Positions 37,869-48,168 of a stretch of DNA of 62,404 bases are shown here, in pieces (within the stretch, counting starts at the first letter, position 1; each line of letters opens with the position of its first letter). The DNA is from an uncultured Sphingomonas sp. Lineage in GTDB: Bacteria; Pseudomonadota; Alphaproteobacteria; Sphingomonadales; Sphingomonadaceae. Location of the stretch: assembly GCA_966210575.1 (NCBI GenBank), contig CBIHLI010000001.1:1-62404 (forward strand), in the 5' to 3' direction. The notes under the pieces were generated by a model, which saw only the letters and a program-made list of their open reading frames with translations, was not told the DNA's origin and did not search any database. The position numbers were made by a program, and so were the translations under genes.

Positions 37869-40800
37869 ATGCCCGCTCAGTCGTCGGTTTTCCCGGCATT
37901 CATCAGAGATGAGTACCAACCGGGCGGCGGCTTCGCGGCTTTCGAGCAGGCGTCTCTCGCCACCGCCGATCAGGTGCGCCGACACTTCGAAAGCTCAATG
38001 TCAGAGGTTCAGCGCATCGCCCAGCGGGCGCTGGCGATGCCCCGCAACCAGCTCGGCTCGCTGGATCTCGGTGTCGGCAATTATCGCGCCGCCGCCGCCG
38101 CTGCCGAGGCGCATGCGATCGCGCTGCGCGAGGTTGCCACGGCGGCTGAGCGGGCGGCGCTGGCGAGCGGCGACACGACGGAGGCGACGCGTCTCTACGT
38201 CCAGGCTGCGCGCGCCGCCGCGATCGAGGCGGAAGAAGCCGCTCGCGGCGCCAATCAGCAAGTCGTCGCTATGGAGCGGCTTCAGACCGAACTGAACCAG
38301 ACCCGTTCCGGAACGCAGCAAGTCATCCAGGCCAATCGCGGGTTGGTCCAGTCACAGGACCAGGTGGCCGCTTCCAGCCGTGCAGCCCGGTTCGCCTCGG
38401 TACAGCTCGGCCAGCAGTTCGCCGACGTGGCCATCCAGGCGCAGATGGGCGTGCCCGTTGGACAGATCCTGATCCAGCAGGGCACTCAGGCCGCCTTCGC
38501 AATGGGCCAGATGAACGGGGCTCTCGGCCGGGTCGGCGCATTTCTCTCCGGTCCGTGGGGCACGGCACTCTTCATCGCCGTCGCGGGTCTGACGACTTTC
38601 CTCGGCAAGACCGAAGAGACTGCGAACCGTCTCGACGAGCTCGTTGAAAAGGCGGGGGCATTCGAGAATGCGTCCGGTCGCCTCGGCCAGGTGATCGATC
38701 TCTCGACTGGCAAGTTCCTTGATCACAACGTGGCCCTGCGCGAGACGTTGTGGCTCCAGGCCCAGCTCGCGCTCACGACCGCCGAGGCGGCGGCCCGTCA
38801 GGCTGAGCGAGATCTTCAGCGAAATTATCCGATTGCGATGGGCCCTGACAGGCTTCCCTTTGCCGGCATTCTCGAGGGTATCTCCAGCGAGCGTTTCGGA
38901 GGGAATGAGCGTCTCCAGTCCATGCGTGATCGGCTGCTGACCGATCCATCGCAGATCCAGTCCGTCCGCCGAGAACTGCAGGGAATGGTCCAGGCGGGCG
39001 AGCTGGCGCGAACCACGATGCTCGAGACCCTCGAGCTGTTCCTCGAATTCTCAAATGCTCAGGAAGAAATCGCCGCCCGGACCGCGGAGATCGCGGCCCT
39101 GGAAGGGCGCGGGCTTGATCCTCGCCTGCGACGGGAAGATCGCAACCGCCCTCGCGAGGACAATCGCCCTCAGCTCGCGGCACAGCGTCTCGAGGAGATC
39201 CAGCGGCTCAACGAGCAATGGAACGAGCAGCCGAGGCTGGTCGACCAGGCCGTGCAGGCGGTTCGCCGGCTCGATGCAATCCTGGCCGAGGCCCAGCGAC
39301 GCAAGCTGCCTCGCTTCGACGAGATGCAGCGTGAGGCGGAGGCCGCCGGCGCCGCGATCCGCGAAGGATTGATCCGCCAGATCACCGAGGATTTCGCCGA
39401 GGCTCCTCGGCTGGTCCAGCAGGCGGCGGACGCGATGCGTGAGCTGACCGCCGCCGGCGAGCAGTTCCCGGAGCTTGCGCCACAGATCGCCGAGGCCGCC
39501 CGCCTGGTCGAGGCCGGGCTGATGCGGCCGTATCGCGAATTTCTCGAGGATCAGATCCGGTCCTACGAAATCGGCCAACTCATGGTTCAGGGCCGCGAGG
39601 ATGAGGCTCAGGCGCTTTCCGTCATCCACCAGCTCGAGGAGCGGCTCGGGCCCCTCGGCGAGGAGCGGCGCCAGACGATCGTCGACAGCGTGGCCGCCCT
39701 GCGCGAGCAGTCGCGGCAGCTCGAGATCATCCGTGACCAGCAGCAAGCCTATCTGAACGCGGCCGATGACCTCCGCGGCATTCTCGAGGACACGCTGGCC
39801 AATCCGCCGCAGGGTCTAAGCGATCTGCGCGACATCGGCCGCGATATCGGCGAGACGTTCCGCCGGCTCAACTCTCGTGTCATCGTTGAACGTCTCTTCG
39901 GGGACACTTTTCGACAGCTCGAGGATTTCGTCACAGGTCGGGATCAGGTCCGCAGGGCGAATGAGGAATATGCGACATCGATCGGTGATCTCCGCGCCGA
40001 GTTGAACACGCTGAGCGGCGCCCATCGCGATCAGGCCGAATCGATTGACACGGTGATCGCTGCAGCAACTCGATTCACCAATGCTCTCGATCAGGCCGCC
40101 ACCCGCCTTTCCACCGTCGGCGTGGCCGCGGCGAACGACAATCCGATTTTGGGGCCAACCGGTCGCCTTCCGCTTCAAGGGGCCATCACCAAGGGCTTTG
40201 CCGCCCACGTCCGAGACGGATCACCAGGGCTCGATATCGACGGACGGATTGGCGACGCGATCGAGGCGCCAGCGTCTGGCACCGTGCTCGTCGTCGGTGA
40301 GAACGCCAGATCAGGTCGTTATCTCGTCATCGACCATGGCGGCGGAGTGACGAGCTCCTATTCTCACCTATCCAGCGCGCGCGTCACTCAAGGCTCCTTC
40401 GTCAGCGCCGGCGATATCATCGCCGCTGTTGGCAACACTGGCCGAGTGCAGGCGCGCGGTGGCGGCGATGGCTCCCATCTCCATTATCGGGTCAAGGTCG
40501 GCGGACAGGACGTAAACCCGCTCAGCTTCCGCTTTCCCGAACAGGCGGCTCAGGCCGGCAATGCTGTCGAGCAGTTGGCCGATGCGGCGACGACAGCTGC
40601 TTCCGCCACGACGAACATGGGCAACAGCGCCACAGCGGTGCTCAACGAGATGTTCGGCTTTACCTCGGCCTTGCGCGACGGCGAGCAAACGATCGACATC
40701 ATCGCCAAGGGCGGCAAGTTCGCCGGGCCAAATGATCATCTCGACCCGAGAAACTTCATGGCGCGAGCCTTTACCGGGATCCTCCAGGAGGTGCTGGGGC

Positions 40801-42119
40801 CGCGTCTCGCCAAAGACGTCAGCGCCGGCCTCAGTAAGGCGATGGAGGGTGCCGCGATCGGCCAGATGGTCGGTGGCATCGCTCAGACGATTGGCATCCG
40901 GCAGTCCAACACCGGAAACCAGATCGGCGGCGCCCTGGGCAATTTCATTCCCGGCCTGCCGCCTGGCGTAGGGGCGGCGATCGGTTCGATCATCGGCGGC
41001 ACGATCGGTGGCCTGATCAAGGGCACGCCTCGAGCATCGTCGACCATCGGCTTCGGTGCCGATGGGCAACTCATCGTCGCCTCGAGCTCCGGCACCAAGA
41101 ACCTCAGGGGCCAGACCAATACGGCGGCTGATTCCGTGATTTCCACGGTGAACCGTATCGCGGAGCTGTTCGGCGGCAGCGTGCTCAGCGGCATCGGCGG
41201 CGTCTCGATCGGCATGCGGGATGGAAATTACCGCGTCGACCCGACCGGGCGCGGCGTCACCAAGACCAAGAAGGGCGCCATCGACTTCGGCGAGGATGCC
41301 GAGGCGGCGGTACGCGCCGCGGTTCTGGACCTGATCAAGGATGGGGTGATTGCCGGCCTGAGGCAGGGCACCCAGCGCCTGCTCCAGGTGGCCAAAGATA
41401 TCGACAGCGGCATCGAGAAGGCCCTCAAGTTCGAGAGCGTGTTCACGCGCCTGAAGGAGCATCTGGACCCGGTGGGTGCCGCGCTCGAGACGCTGCAGAA
41501 GGAATTCGACTCGCTCCGCCGCATCTTCCAGGAAGCCGGCGCCACCACCGAAGAATTCGCCCAGCTGGAACAGCTCTATCAACTCGAGCGCGAGCAGGCG
41601 ATCAAGCAAGCCGGCGAGCGGATGACGTCGGCCCTTCGCTCACTGCTCGACGATCTCACCGTCAACAACGACGCCCTGTCGCTGCGCGAGCGGCTGACCA
41701 TGGCGCGGGCCAAATACGATCCTCTCGCCGCCGACCTCGCGGCCGGTAAGAAGGTCGATTACGAGTCCTTCGCCGACGCGGCTCGCCTGGTGAACGAGAT
41801 CACCCGGGAGATCTATGGTTCGACGACGCCATACTTCCAGGTGCTCGAGGAGATCACCAAGCTGACCCAGAAGGCCTTGTCCGATCAGGAGAACCTGATC
41901 AGCATCGCCAGCGGGCAGACCGGCACCGGAGGGGGTGGCGCCGCCAACGACAACGCCACTCCCGTGGTCGGTGCCATCGACCATCTCGGCGGCTTCCTTG
42001 TCGGTGAGCTCGGCGGCCGGCTCGACACCCTCAACGCCAATATGGGCGCTCTGCTTCTGCACGCGGCCGGAGGCGGCCGGTCGCGCGATCTGTTCTTCGA
42101 CCCCTTCGATAATTTCTGA
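37869..42119 (+). CDS. Tail tape measure protein with internal M23 peptidase domain
   Basis: LGQQFADVAIQ..G...ILIQQGTQ lambda-type TMP motif; GLDI...YSHL...VGNTG...HLHY...VNP. Confidence 0.92.
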   Translation: MPAQSSVFPAFIRDEYQPGGGFAAFEQASLATADQVRRHFESSMSEVQRIAQRALAMPRNQLGSLDLGVGNYRAAAAAAEAHAIALREVATAAERAALASGDTTEATRLYVQAARAAAIEAEEAARGANQQVVAMERLQTELNQTRSGTQQVIQANRGLVQSQDQVAASSRAARFASVQLGQQFADVAIQAQMGVPVGQILIQQGTQAAFAMGQMNGALGRVGAFLSGPWGTALFIAVAGLTTFLGKTEETANRLDELVEKAGAFENASGRLGQVIDLSTGKFLDHNVALRETLWLQAQLALTTAEAAARQAERDLQRNYPIAMGPDRLPFAGILEGISSERFGGNERLQSMRDRLLTDPSQIQSVRRELQGMVQAGELARTTMLETLELFLEFSNAQEEIAARTAEIAALEGRGLDPRLRREDRNRPREDNRPQLAAQRLEEIQRLNEQWNEQPRLVDQAVQAVRRLDAILAEAQRRKLPRFDEMQREAEAAGAAIREGLIRQITEDFAEAPRLVQQAADAMRELTAAGEQFPELAPQIAEAARLVEAGLMRPYREFLEDQIRSYEIGQLMVQGREDEAQALSVIHQLEERLGPLGEERRQTIVDSVAALREQSRQLEIIRDQQQAYLNAADDLRGILEDTLANPPQGLSDLRDIGRDIGETFRRLNSRVIVERLFGDTFRQLEDFVTGRDQVRRANEEYATSIGDLRAELNTLSGAHRDQAESIDTVIAAATRFTNALDQAATRLSTVGVAAANDNPILGPTGRLPLQGAITKGFAAHVRDGSPGLDIDGRIGDAIEAPASGTVLVVGENARSGRYLVIDHGGGVTSSYSHLSSARVTQGSFVSAGDIIAAVGNTGRVQARGGGDGSHLHYRVKVGGQDVNPLSFRFPEQAAQAGNAVEQLADAATTAASATTNMGNSATAVLNEMFGFTSALRDGEQTIDIIAKGGKFAGPNDHLDPRNFMARAFTGILQEVLGPRLAKDVSAGLSKAMEGAAIGQMVGGIAQTIGIRQSNTGNQIGGALGNFIPGLPPGVGAAIGSIIGGTIGGLIKGTPRASSTIGFGADGQLIVASSSGTKNLRGQTNTAADSVISTVNRIAELFGGSVLSGIGGVSIGMRDGNYRVDPTGRGVTKTKKGAIDFGEDAEAAVRAAVLDLIKDGVIAGLRQGTQRLLQVAKDIDSGIEKALKFESVFTRLKEHLDPVGAALETLQKEFDSLRRIFQEAGATTEEFAQLEQLYQLEREQAIKQAGERMTSALRSLLDDLTVNNDALSLRERLTMARAKYDPLAADLAAGKKVDYESFADAARLVNEITREIYGSTTPYFQVLEEITKLTQKALSDQENLISIASGQTGTGGGGAANDNATPVVGAIDHLGGFLVGELGGRLDTLNANMGALLLHAAGGGRSRDLFFDPFDNF

Positions 42120-42127
42120 CCGCGACG

Positions 42128-44284
42128 ATGCTTGTCCTCGCCGAGCTGACCCCGCTGAACAAGTCGACCGGGCTTCGGCCTACGGTCCGCGTCGCCTCTT
42201 CGCACGATCGCAACATCACGGGCCTGAACAGCCAGAAATGGTGGCCGGCGCTACACCAGCCGCCGGCGCTGGGCATCAGGTTGTTCGATGGCGACTTCTC
42301 ATCGGACATCACGCCCGGCGAGGCATCGTTCACTCTGCTCTTCGACGGCATGGAGAAGGCGGACCCGAATGTCCGCGGCTACGCCTGGGCGGGTGCGGGG
42401 GTCACCTTCTATGGCGGCTCCAGCGGCACTGCCTGGCCTTGGACCATCCTGTTCGTCGGCAAGGTCGACCGGTTCCAGGCCGAGGGAAACCGGCTGACGC
42501 TGACCGCCAAGGTCAACACCGAGCCTTTTGAGGCGGACGTCCTCACCGCCCGCTATGCCGGTACCGGCGGCGCCGAGGGTGGCGCCGACATCAAGAACCA
42601 GCCCAAGCCCTGGGTGTTCGGCCGGGCCGCGAACGTCGAGCCGATCCTGATCGATGCGACGAACAACGTCTATCAGTTCAGCGGCTACGGCCCGATCGAG
42701 GCGGTTACTACGCTTTACGAGCGCGGATCCGACTTCGGGGCGAAGGTCGCCGACCATGCCAGCTATGCCGCCCTGATCGCGGCGACGATCCCCAACGGCC
42801 GCTGGGCGACATGCCTGGCGCAGGGACTGGTCCGGCTCGGGGCACCGGCCTTCGGAGTCATCACCGGCGATGTCGACGGCGACAAGCCCGGCGGGGTGTG
42901 GATCCGCAAGACCGGCGCGATCATCAGCCGGATTGCCACCAATGCCGGAATCGCGTCCGGATCGATCGACAGCGCATCGCTGACGGCGCTGGATGCGGCA
43001 GTGCCGTACAACATCAACCTGGTGCTGAAGGAACAGACCACGGTGCTTGAGCTGGCGCAGCGGCTGGCGCGGCCGTGCAATGCCCAGGCCGGTATTTCGC
43101 TGCTCGGCAAGCTGTTCGTCACCCGGCCGGTGATCGGCGCCACCGCGATGACACTGGACGCGCAGGGCCGCCGTCTCCCCGCCGTGATTTCCTCGGTGGA
43201 GATGGAGGTCCGGCCGCCATATTGGCGCGTCGAGATGGGCGCGCAGCGGTCCTGGCGGGTCCACAGCTTCGACGAGATCGCGACGTTCGCGCCCTACGTC
43301 GAGCGCGGGGTCTACTCGGCATCTGACTGGTATCGGGAAAATAATATCGTCGAGAACCAGTCGGTGCGCTGGGTCTATATCAACACGACGCCTGGCAGCG
43401 GGACGGCTCCGCCGACGCTGCCGACGACATCGAACTCGCACTGGAAGATCTGGGACGCCAAGCTCGGCGGCGTCGAGGACAATGCCGACGTCACTCGCAA
43501 CATCGGCTTCGGCCCTGCCGAGGCGACAGTCCGCTACGACTATCTCGGCGCCGCAGAAAGCGGAGAATTGCCGAGAACGCTGGTCTATAAGCTGTTCAAG
43601 AACGGGGTTGCCCAGACCAGCGGCATCGTCTGGTCCTATACCGTCCTCACGGGCACGGTGAACGGCTTCACCAGCGCTTCCGGCGTGCAGAGCATTTCTG
43701 GCGCCGGCTCGTGCAATTTCACCTTGAGTAGCCTCGGCTCGAACGAGGCGACGATCGAGCTCAAGGCGGTGCAGGGGACACTGACGACGCGTCACCCGGT
43801 CAAGCTGACGAAATCGATCGCGCCGGCCCCGGCGGCTGGTGGAGACGGCGGCGGCGGCGGAACGTCGACGATCGCTCAGAAAACGAGCGGTTTCACCGGC
43901 TTCAGCACAACGACGTTCACTGACATCACCGGCTCGCTGGCCGGCACGATGCCGACGGGCAAGACGACGGCGAACGTCGTCGCGACGCTCACGGTCAATC
44001 CCCAGGTGGCGAGCCCGAACGGCTCCTGGAACGTCGAGGTGAAGGTGCAGCGCGACGTCGCCGGCGTCTGGACCGACGTCGGCAGCCTGGTCAATTCCGA
44101 TCCGGATCCGGCCATCGATGTCGAGAGCGGCATCTACAGTCTCAACAATACGGGCCAAATATCACTGAATGTCGCCGATACGGGACGGACGGCCGGCACC
44201 GCCTATAGCTGGCGGCTGGTCGCTCGGCTCACCAGCGGACCCAAGACGATGAGCGTCACCGGAACAGTGAGCATCACGGCATGA
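42128..44284 (+). CDS. Tail tip/baseplate protein with C-terminal adhesin-like domains
   Basis: YAGTGGAEG..D.K..PKP..FG...NVEP motif; follows tape measure. Confidence 0.75.
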   Translation: MLVLAELTPLNKSTGLRPTVRVASSHDRNITGLNSQKWWPALHQPPALGIRLFDGDFSSDITPGEASFTLLFDGMEKADPNVRGYAWAGAGVTFYGGSSGTAWPWTILFVGKVDRFQAEGNRLTLTAKVNTEPFEADVLTARYAGTGGAEGGADIKNQPKPWVFGRAANVEPILIDATNNVYQFSGYGPIEAVTTLYERGSDFGAKVADHASYAALIAATIPNGRWATCLAQGLVRLGAPAFGVITGDVDGDKPGGVWIRKTGAIISRIATNAGIASGSIDSASLTALDAAVPYNINLVLKEQTTVLELAQRLARPCNAQAGISLLGKLFVTRPVIGATAMTLDAQGRRLPAVISSVEMEVRPPYWRVEMGAQRSWRVHSFDEIATFAPYVERGVYSASDWYRENNIVENQSVRWVYINTTPGSGTAPPTLPTTSNSHWKIWDAKLGGVEDNADVTRNIGFGPAEATVRYDYLGAAESGELPRTLVYKLFKNGVAQTSGIVWSYTVLTGTVNGFTSASGVQSISGAGSCNFTLSSLGSNEATIELKAVQGTLTTRHPVKLTKSIAPAPAAGGDGGGGGTSTIAQKTSGFTGFSTTTFTDITGSLAGTMPTGKTTANVVATLTVNPQVASPNGSWNVEVKVQRDVAGVWTDVGSLVNSDPDPAIDVESGIYSLNNTGQISLNVADTGRTAGTAYSWRLVARLTSGPKTMSVTGTVSITA

Positions 44285-44826
44285 TCTACCGCATCGAGAA
44301 AGACGGTCAGATCCAGCACGTCGCCGGTGAGATGATCGACGGAGAGGTGGCCGGCTACCCGGGCTGGATCGTCGCCGCGGAGCTGCCGCGCGTGCCCGAC
44401 GACGAAATCGAGCGCGTCGTCGATGGCGCGATCGTCGAGGACGTCGCTGCGGCTGAAGCAGTTGCGCTTCGGCGGCTAGACGAGGCCCAGGACGATGCCG
44501 AGCGAGGGCTGTTCCGCCTGTCGCGGCTCATCTCGACACTGCTCAAATGGTACGAGCTGCAGGATCTGAAGTCGGTGCCGACGGCGACGGTCCAGGCGAT
44601 GGCCGCCGCTGATCGCCAGGCGCGCTGGCCTTTTCTGACCATGCTGGCCGTGGAAGCCGGCGCGTCGCTCGCTCAGACCGCCACCATTGTCGAGGAGCAT
44701 TTGGGCCCGAGGGTCCGGAAGATCGCCATCTATGAAGCCCGAGCGGAGATGGCGCGGCGAGCGATCAGGTCTGGAAAGACGGGCGCCGAGAAGTTGGCGG
44801 CGGCCGAAAATGTAGGGTGGGAGTAA
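44281..44826 (+). CDS. Tail fibre assembly-like protein
   Basis: WPFL...A.E.G..LA..A motif, terminal W. Confidence 0.55.
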   Translation: MIYRIEKDGQIQHVAGEMIDGEVAGYPGWIVAAELPRVPDDEIERVVDGAIVEDVAAAEAVALRRLDEAQDDAERGLFRLSRLISTLLKWYELQDLKSVPTATVQAMAAADRQARWPFLTMLAVEAGASLAQTATIVEEHLGPRVRKIAIYEARAEMARRAIRSGKTGAEKLAAAENVGWE

Positions 44827-44828
44827 AG

Positions 44829-45206
44829 ATGCCGCAGGACGAGGCCAGCCAGCTGATGATGCCGCACACGCCGGCGGACGCGGCTCAGCTGATTATGATC
44901 GAGGCCCTTCGGGGGCTCACCGACAGCGTCAAACAGCTCCAGACCTCGAATGGCGAGCTTCTTCGCCAGGTCAGCGACATCCACACCCGCGTGGTGAGGA
45001 TCGAAGCAAACCGCCTCGATCGCGAAGTCCAACAGGTGAAGCAGGATCTCGTCGAGGCGAAGGCCGAGATCGATGAGTTGAAGGCCGACAAGAACCGCCG
45101 CGATGGTGCCGTCGGCCTTCTCGAATGGCTGGGTAGATTTGGGCCGTGGCTGCTCGCGCTCGCGCTCGGGATCCTGGCCTTCATGGGGTTCTCCCGCGCC
45201 AGCTGA
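44829..45206 (+). CDS. Coiled-coil membrane protein (lysis cassette)
   Basis: Coiled coil plus C-terminal TM helix, before endolysin. Confidence 0.6.
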   Translation: MPQDEASQLMMPHTPADAAQLIMIEALRGLTDSVKQLQTSNGELLRQVSDIHTRVVRIEANRLDREVQQVKQDLVEAKAEIDELKADKNRRDGAVGLLEWLGRFGPWLLALALGILAFMGFSRAS

Positions 45207-45238
45207 GGCTGGCCGCACGGATCTGAAAAGGAAGTCCG

Positions 45239-46087
45239 ATGAACGTCGCAGAGGTGCGGCGGCTGCAGACGCGCCTTGGCGTCGCGGCCGACGGAGTCAT
45301 GGGCCCGATCACATGGGCCGCGCTATGGAAGGCGATTGGCGAGGCGAGGCCGGTGCCGGCCCCTCAGCCGATCCAGCCGAAGCCGCCAGAAGCCATCACC
45401 GGATCGCTGTCGCCGGCTCAGGCGATGATCGACTCCGCGCTGCTCAAGATCGCATTCCCTCAGAACAGTCTCGCCGAACTGGTTCAATGGGTCGAGCCGA
45501 CCCGGGCCGCCTGCGTCCGCTGGGGGATCGATACCTTTCGGGAGGTGGCAAGCTTTCTCGCCAACATCAGTGTCGAGAGCGCCGGCCTTACCAGACTGAC
45601 GGAGAGCCTGAATTATTCCACCGAGGCCCTGATCTCCAAGTTCGGCCGTCATCGCATCAGCGTCGGTGATGCACATAGGTTCGGCCGCAATGCCCAGCAC
45701 CCGGCCAATCAGGAGGCGCTGGCCAATATTCTCTATGGCGGCGAGTGGGGCCGGAAGAACCTCGGTAACACCGAGCCTGGCGATGGCTGGCGGTTCAGGG
45801 GCTATGGACCGAAGCAGATCACCGGCCGGGCCAATCAGAGCGCCTTCGCCAAGGCGATGGGCATCAGCGTCGACGAGGTGCCTGCCTACGTTCGCACCCG
45901 CGAGGGCGGCATGATGTCCGCGGGATGGTTCTGGAAAAGCCATGGCCTTGATGCCCAGGCCGCGACGCCCGGCGTCGCCGACGATCGTCGCGCCATTAAC
46001 GGCGGCACCTTTGGCCTCGCCGAGGTCGAAGAGAGGTTCGACGCCCTGATCGAGGAGATGCTTCGTCGGGAAAGGGCGGGACGATGA
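45239..46087 (+). CDS. Endolysin: peptidoglycan-binding domain + GH19 family
   Basis: LQ..LGV.ADG.MGP.T; ES.GL..L.E.LNY, GDGWRFRG.G..QITGR.N, INGG. Confidence 0.92.
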   Translation: MNVAEVRRLQTRLGVAADGVMGPITWAALWKAIGEARPVPAPQPIQPKPPEAITGSLSPAQAMIDSALLKIAFPQNSLAELVQWVEPTRAACVRWGIDTFREVASFLANISVESAGLTRLTESLNYSTEALISKFGRHRISVGDAHRFGRNAQHPANQEALANILYGGEWGRKNLGNTEPGDGWRFRGYGPKQITGRANQSAFAKAMGISVDEVPAYVRTREGGMMSAGWFWKSHGLDAQAATPGVADDRRAINGGTFGLAEVEERFDALIEEMLRRERAGR

Positions 46088-46422
46088 ACGGCAATCCGAA
46101 CGCCTGGCGCGATCGTGAAGGCGATCGCCGGGTCCTGATGCTGATCGGCGGCGGGATCGTCGTCATCATCCTCGCCATCATCGGTACCATCGCCTTCGGC
46201 CGGAACATGCCCGAATGGGCGGAGTCGGTCTTTTCCGCCATTGTCGGCGGCGCGATCGTCAAGCTCGCCGACGTCCTGTCCGCGCTCGTGGCGCTCTCGA
46301 GCAGCCGCCAGATGGAGCGGGTCACCGACCAGCTCTCGGCCTCAAGCCCGAGCGACAAGCCCCAGACGGTGACGATCGAGCAGCCGCCGGGTGAGCCCGT
46401 GCCTGTCGAGACCATGGAATGA
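46084..46422 (+). CDS. Holin candidate
   Basis: Two hydrophobic helices, adjacent to endolysin. Confidence 0.6.
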   Translation: MNGNPNAWRDREGDRRVLMLIGGGIVVIILAIIGTIAFGRNMPEWAESVFSAIVGGAIVKLADVLSALVALSSSRQMERVTDQLSASSPSDKPQTVTIEQPPGEPVPVETME

Positions 46423-46811
46423 GCGACAAGCATCTCAATCCGACGCTTCGGGCGGCGACGGCGGCTTTCATTGGAGTGATGTTGCCGGCTCTCCTGGATC
46501 CCATCCGGATGGTTGCACGGCACCACGGTTATGCGATCGCCGTTCACGGTAGCCTCGCCCGCGATATCGATCTTGTCGCCATTCCGTGGACCGATCATGC
46601 CGATGATGCGGACATTCTCGCCCGGTCTATTCGTGGTGCGGTCGCCGGAGTGCTCGGTTCCGCCCATCTTCACGCCGACAAGGATGGTTCGCTCAACTGG
46701 ACTGAGAAACCGCACGGGCGAAAGGCGCTGACTCTGATCCACGCCGGCTTTGTCGGCGAGATCGACCTCAGCGTCATGCCCAGGATCATTCCGCCCGAGG
46801 ATCCTAAGTGA
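46419..46811 (+). CDS. Small nucleotidyltransferase-like protein
   Basis: HGSLARDIDLVA (GS..DxD) motif and later D. Confidence 0.6.
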   Translation: MSDKHLNPTLRAATAAFIGVMLPALLDPIRMVARHHGYAIAVHGSLARDIDLVAIPWTDHADDADILARSIRGAVAGVLGSAHLHADKDGSLNWTEKPHGRKALTLIHAGFVGEIDLSVMPRIIPPEDPK

Positions 46812-46929
46812 AACGGCGCTTACGCCGCCTCGCGCGCGAGCTCGCCGGTTACCTCTTCGGGCTGCTCTGCCTCATCGGCTTCGGCTGTCTCACCATCGCC
46901 TATTTCATCGACAAATGGAGGAGGTCCCC

Positions 46930-47199
46930 ATGGACTGGTGGCAAATCGCACTGATCGTTTACGGCCTCGGCATCATTGCCATCTGGCTGCTCATCGCCCG
47001 CGAGATGACGAAGCCGGGAGCCCAATCTCAACATGGCGGCGAACTGGTCGGCTGCGGCGCCGCGTTGGCTTGGCCTGCTCTCCTGATCGGCTATCTAGTC
47101 ATCAGCTTCCGCACCAAGTGCAGTCGTGACAACTGCCGGGCCTGGCAACCTTTCCGAACCGGGAAGAACTGCACCAAATGCGGGAGGTTGGTCATATGA
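46930..47199 (+). CDS. Small membrane protein with Cys-rich tail
   Basis: GGAGG RBS, two TM helices, C..C motifs. Confidence 0.55.
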   Translation: MDWWQIALIVYGLGIIAIWLLIAREMTKPGAQSQHGGELVGCGAALAWPALLIGYLVISFRTKCSRDNCRAWQPFRTGKNCTKCGRLVI

Positions 47200-47567
47200 C
47201 CTTCACGCCCCGCATAATCGCCGCGCTGGTCGCGATTGGACTGATCGTCCTGCTGATCGCCGTCGGGCCCTCGGCCTGCACCAGCTTCTTCACCGTGAAG
47301 CAGGAAGCCCGGACCGCCAAGGGCCAGGCTGAAGCGTCGATCGAGTCCGGTGCCGAAGCGATGAACACCGTTTCCAACGTCAGCACCTCCGACGCGGAGA
47401 CTGACGCCACCGTGAAGGAGGGTATCGATGAAATTCGCAATGCTTCTGAAGCTGATCGCGGTCTCGCTACTCAGCGTGCCGCTTGCCGCCTGCGTATCAA
47501 CCGCAATGACCAACGATGTGCCGCGTTGCGAGGCGCTGATCCCGGCGATGCTGCTCCAGGCCGTTGA
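47196..47567 (+). CDS. i-spanin (Rz-like)
   Basis: N-terminal TM, helical periplasmic part, C-terminal Cys. Confidence 0.72.
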   Translation: MTFTPRIIAALVAIGLIVLLIAVGPSACTSFFTVKQEARTAKGQAEASIESGAEAMNTVSNVSTSDAETDATVKEGIDEIRNASEADRGLATQRAACRLRINRNDQRCAALRGADPGDAAPGR

Positions 47568-47781
47568 AGGAGTGCCGGTGCCGGAAGCGCGCCAGCACGC
47601 CGACGGGCACCAGGACGCCCAGCCGTGGATGGAGGGCTATGTCGGCCAGTCCGGCCAGCTCGAGAAGGCGAACGAGCGCCCGGGCGCCGTCGACCACATC
47701 TATCGAGCCTGCCTTGAGAACCATCGCACGGCGCTGAGACGATCCCAGCGTGGTTTCTTCGGCCGGCTGTTCGGCGGCTGA
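47428..47781 (+). CDS. o-spanin lipoprotein (Rz1-like), overlapping
   Basis: Lipobox LAAC; overlaps i-spanin in another frame. Confidence 0.75.
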   Translation: MKFAMLLKLIAVSLLSVPLAACVSTAMTNDVPRCEALIPAMLLQAVEGVPVPEARQHADGHQDAQPWMEGYVGQSGQLEKANERPGAVDHIYRACLENHRTALRRSQRGFFGRLFGG

Positions 47782-47784
47782 TCC

Positions 47785-48162
47785 ATGGTCGCCACTTCGG
47801 CGCGCGTCGCCTTCATCACCCAGCAATGGCGGACGGTGAAGGCGGAGAACAGCGCGACCAAGACGAGATATGGCGAGAAGGCACGGGACAGCGGTCCGGA
47901 GCCGGTCGAGACGTTTTTCGACAACATAGCCGACGCTCAGGTCATGGCCGATGCCCGACTGGCTCTGCTCGGCGCCGATCGTCGTCGCTTCCGCCAGGAC
48001 GTCAATCAGGCGCTGAGCCTCACCGGCACGCTCGATTACAGCCAGACCACTCCGGCCGTCGCCGTGATCGATGACGAAAGATCGGCGGCACATAGCGCCG
48101 CGGCGGTCGAGTTCGGGATCCGCCCTGGCGAGGACCGGTCCACCATCATCAGTTGGGGTTGA
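47785..48162 (+). CDS. Putative tail protein
   Basis: ADAQ.MADARLALL motif reminiscent of tail-tip C-terminal domains. Confidence 0.6.
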   Translation: MVATSARVAFITQQWRTVKAENSATKTRYGEKARDSGPEPVETFFDNIADAQVMADARLALLGADRRRFRQDVNQALSLTGTLDYSQTTPAVAVIDDERSAAHSAAAVEFGIRPGEDRSTIISWG

Positions 48163-48168
48163 GCTTAG

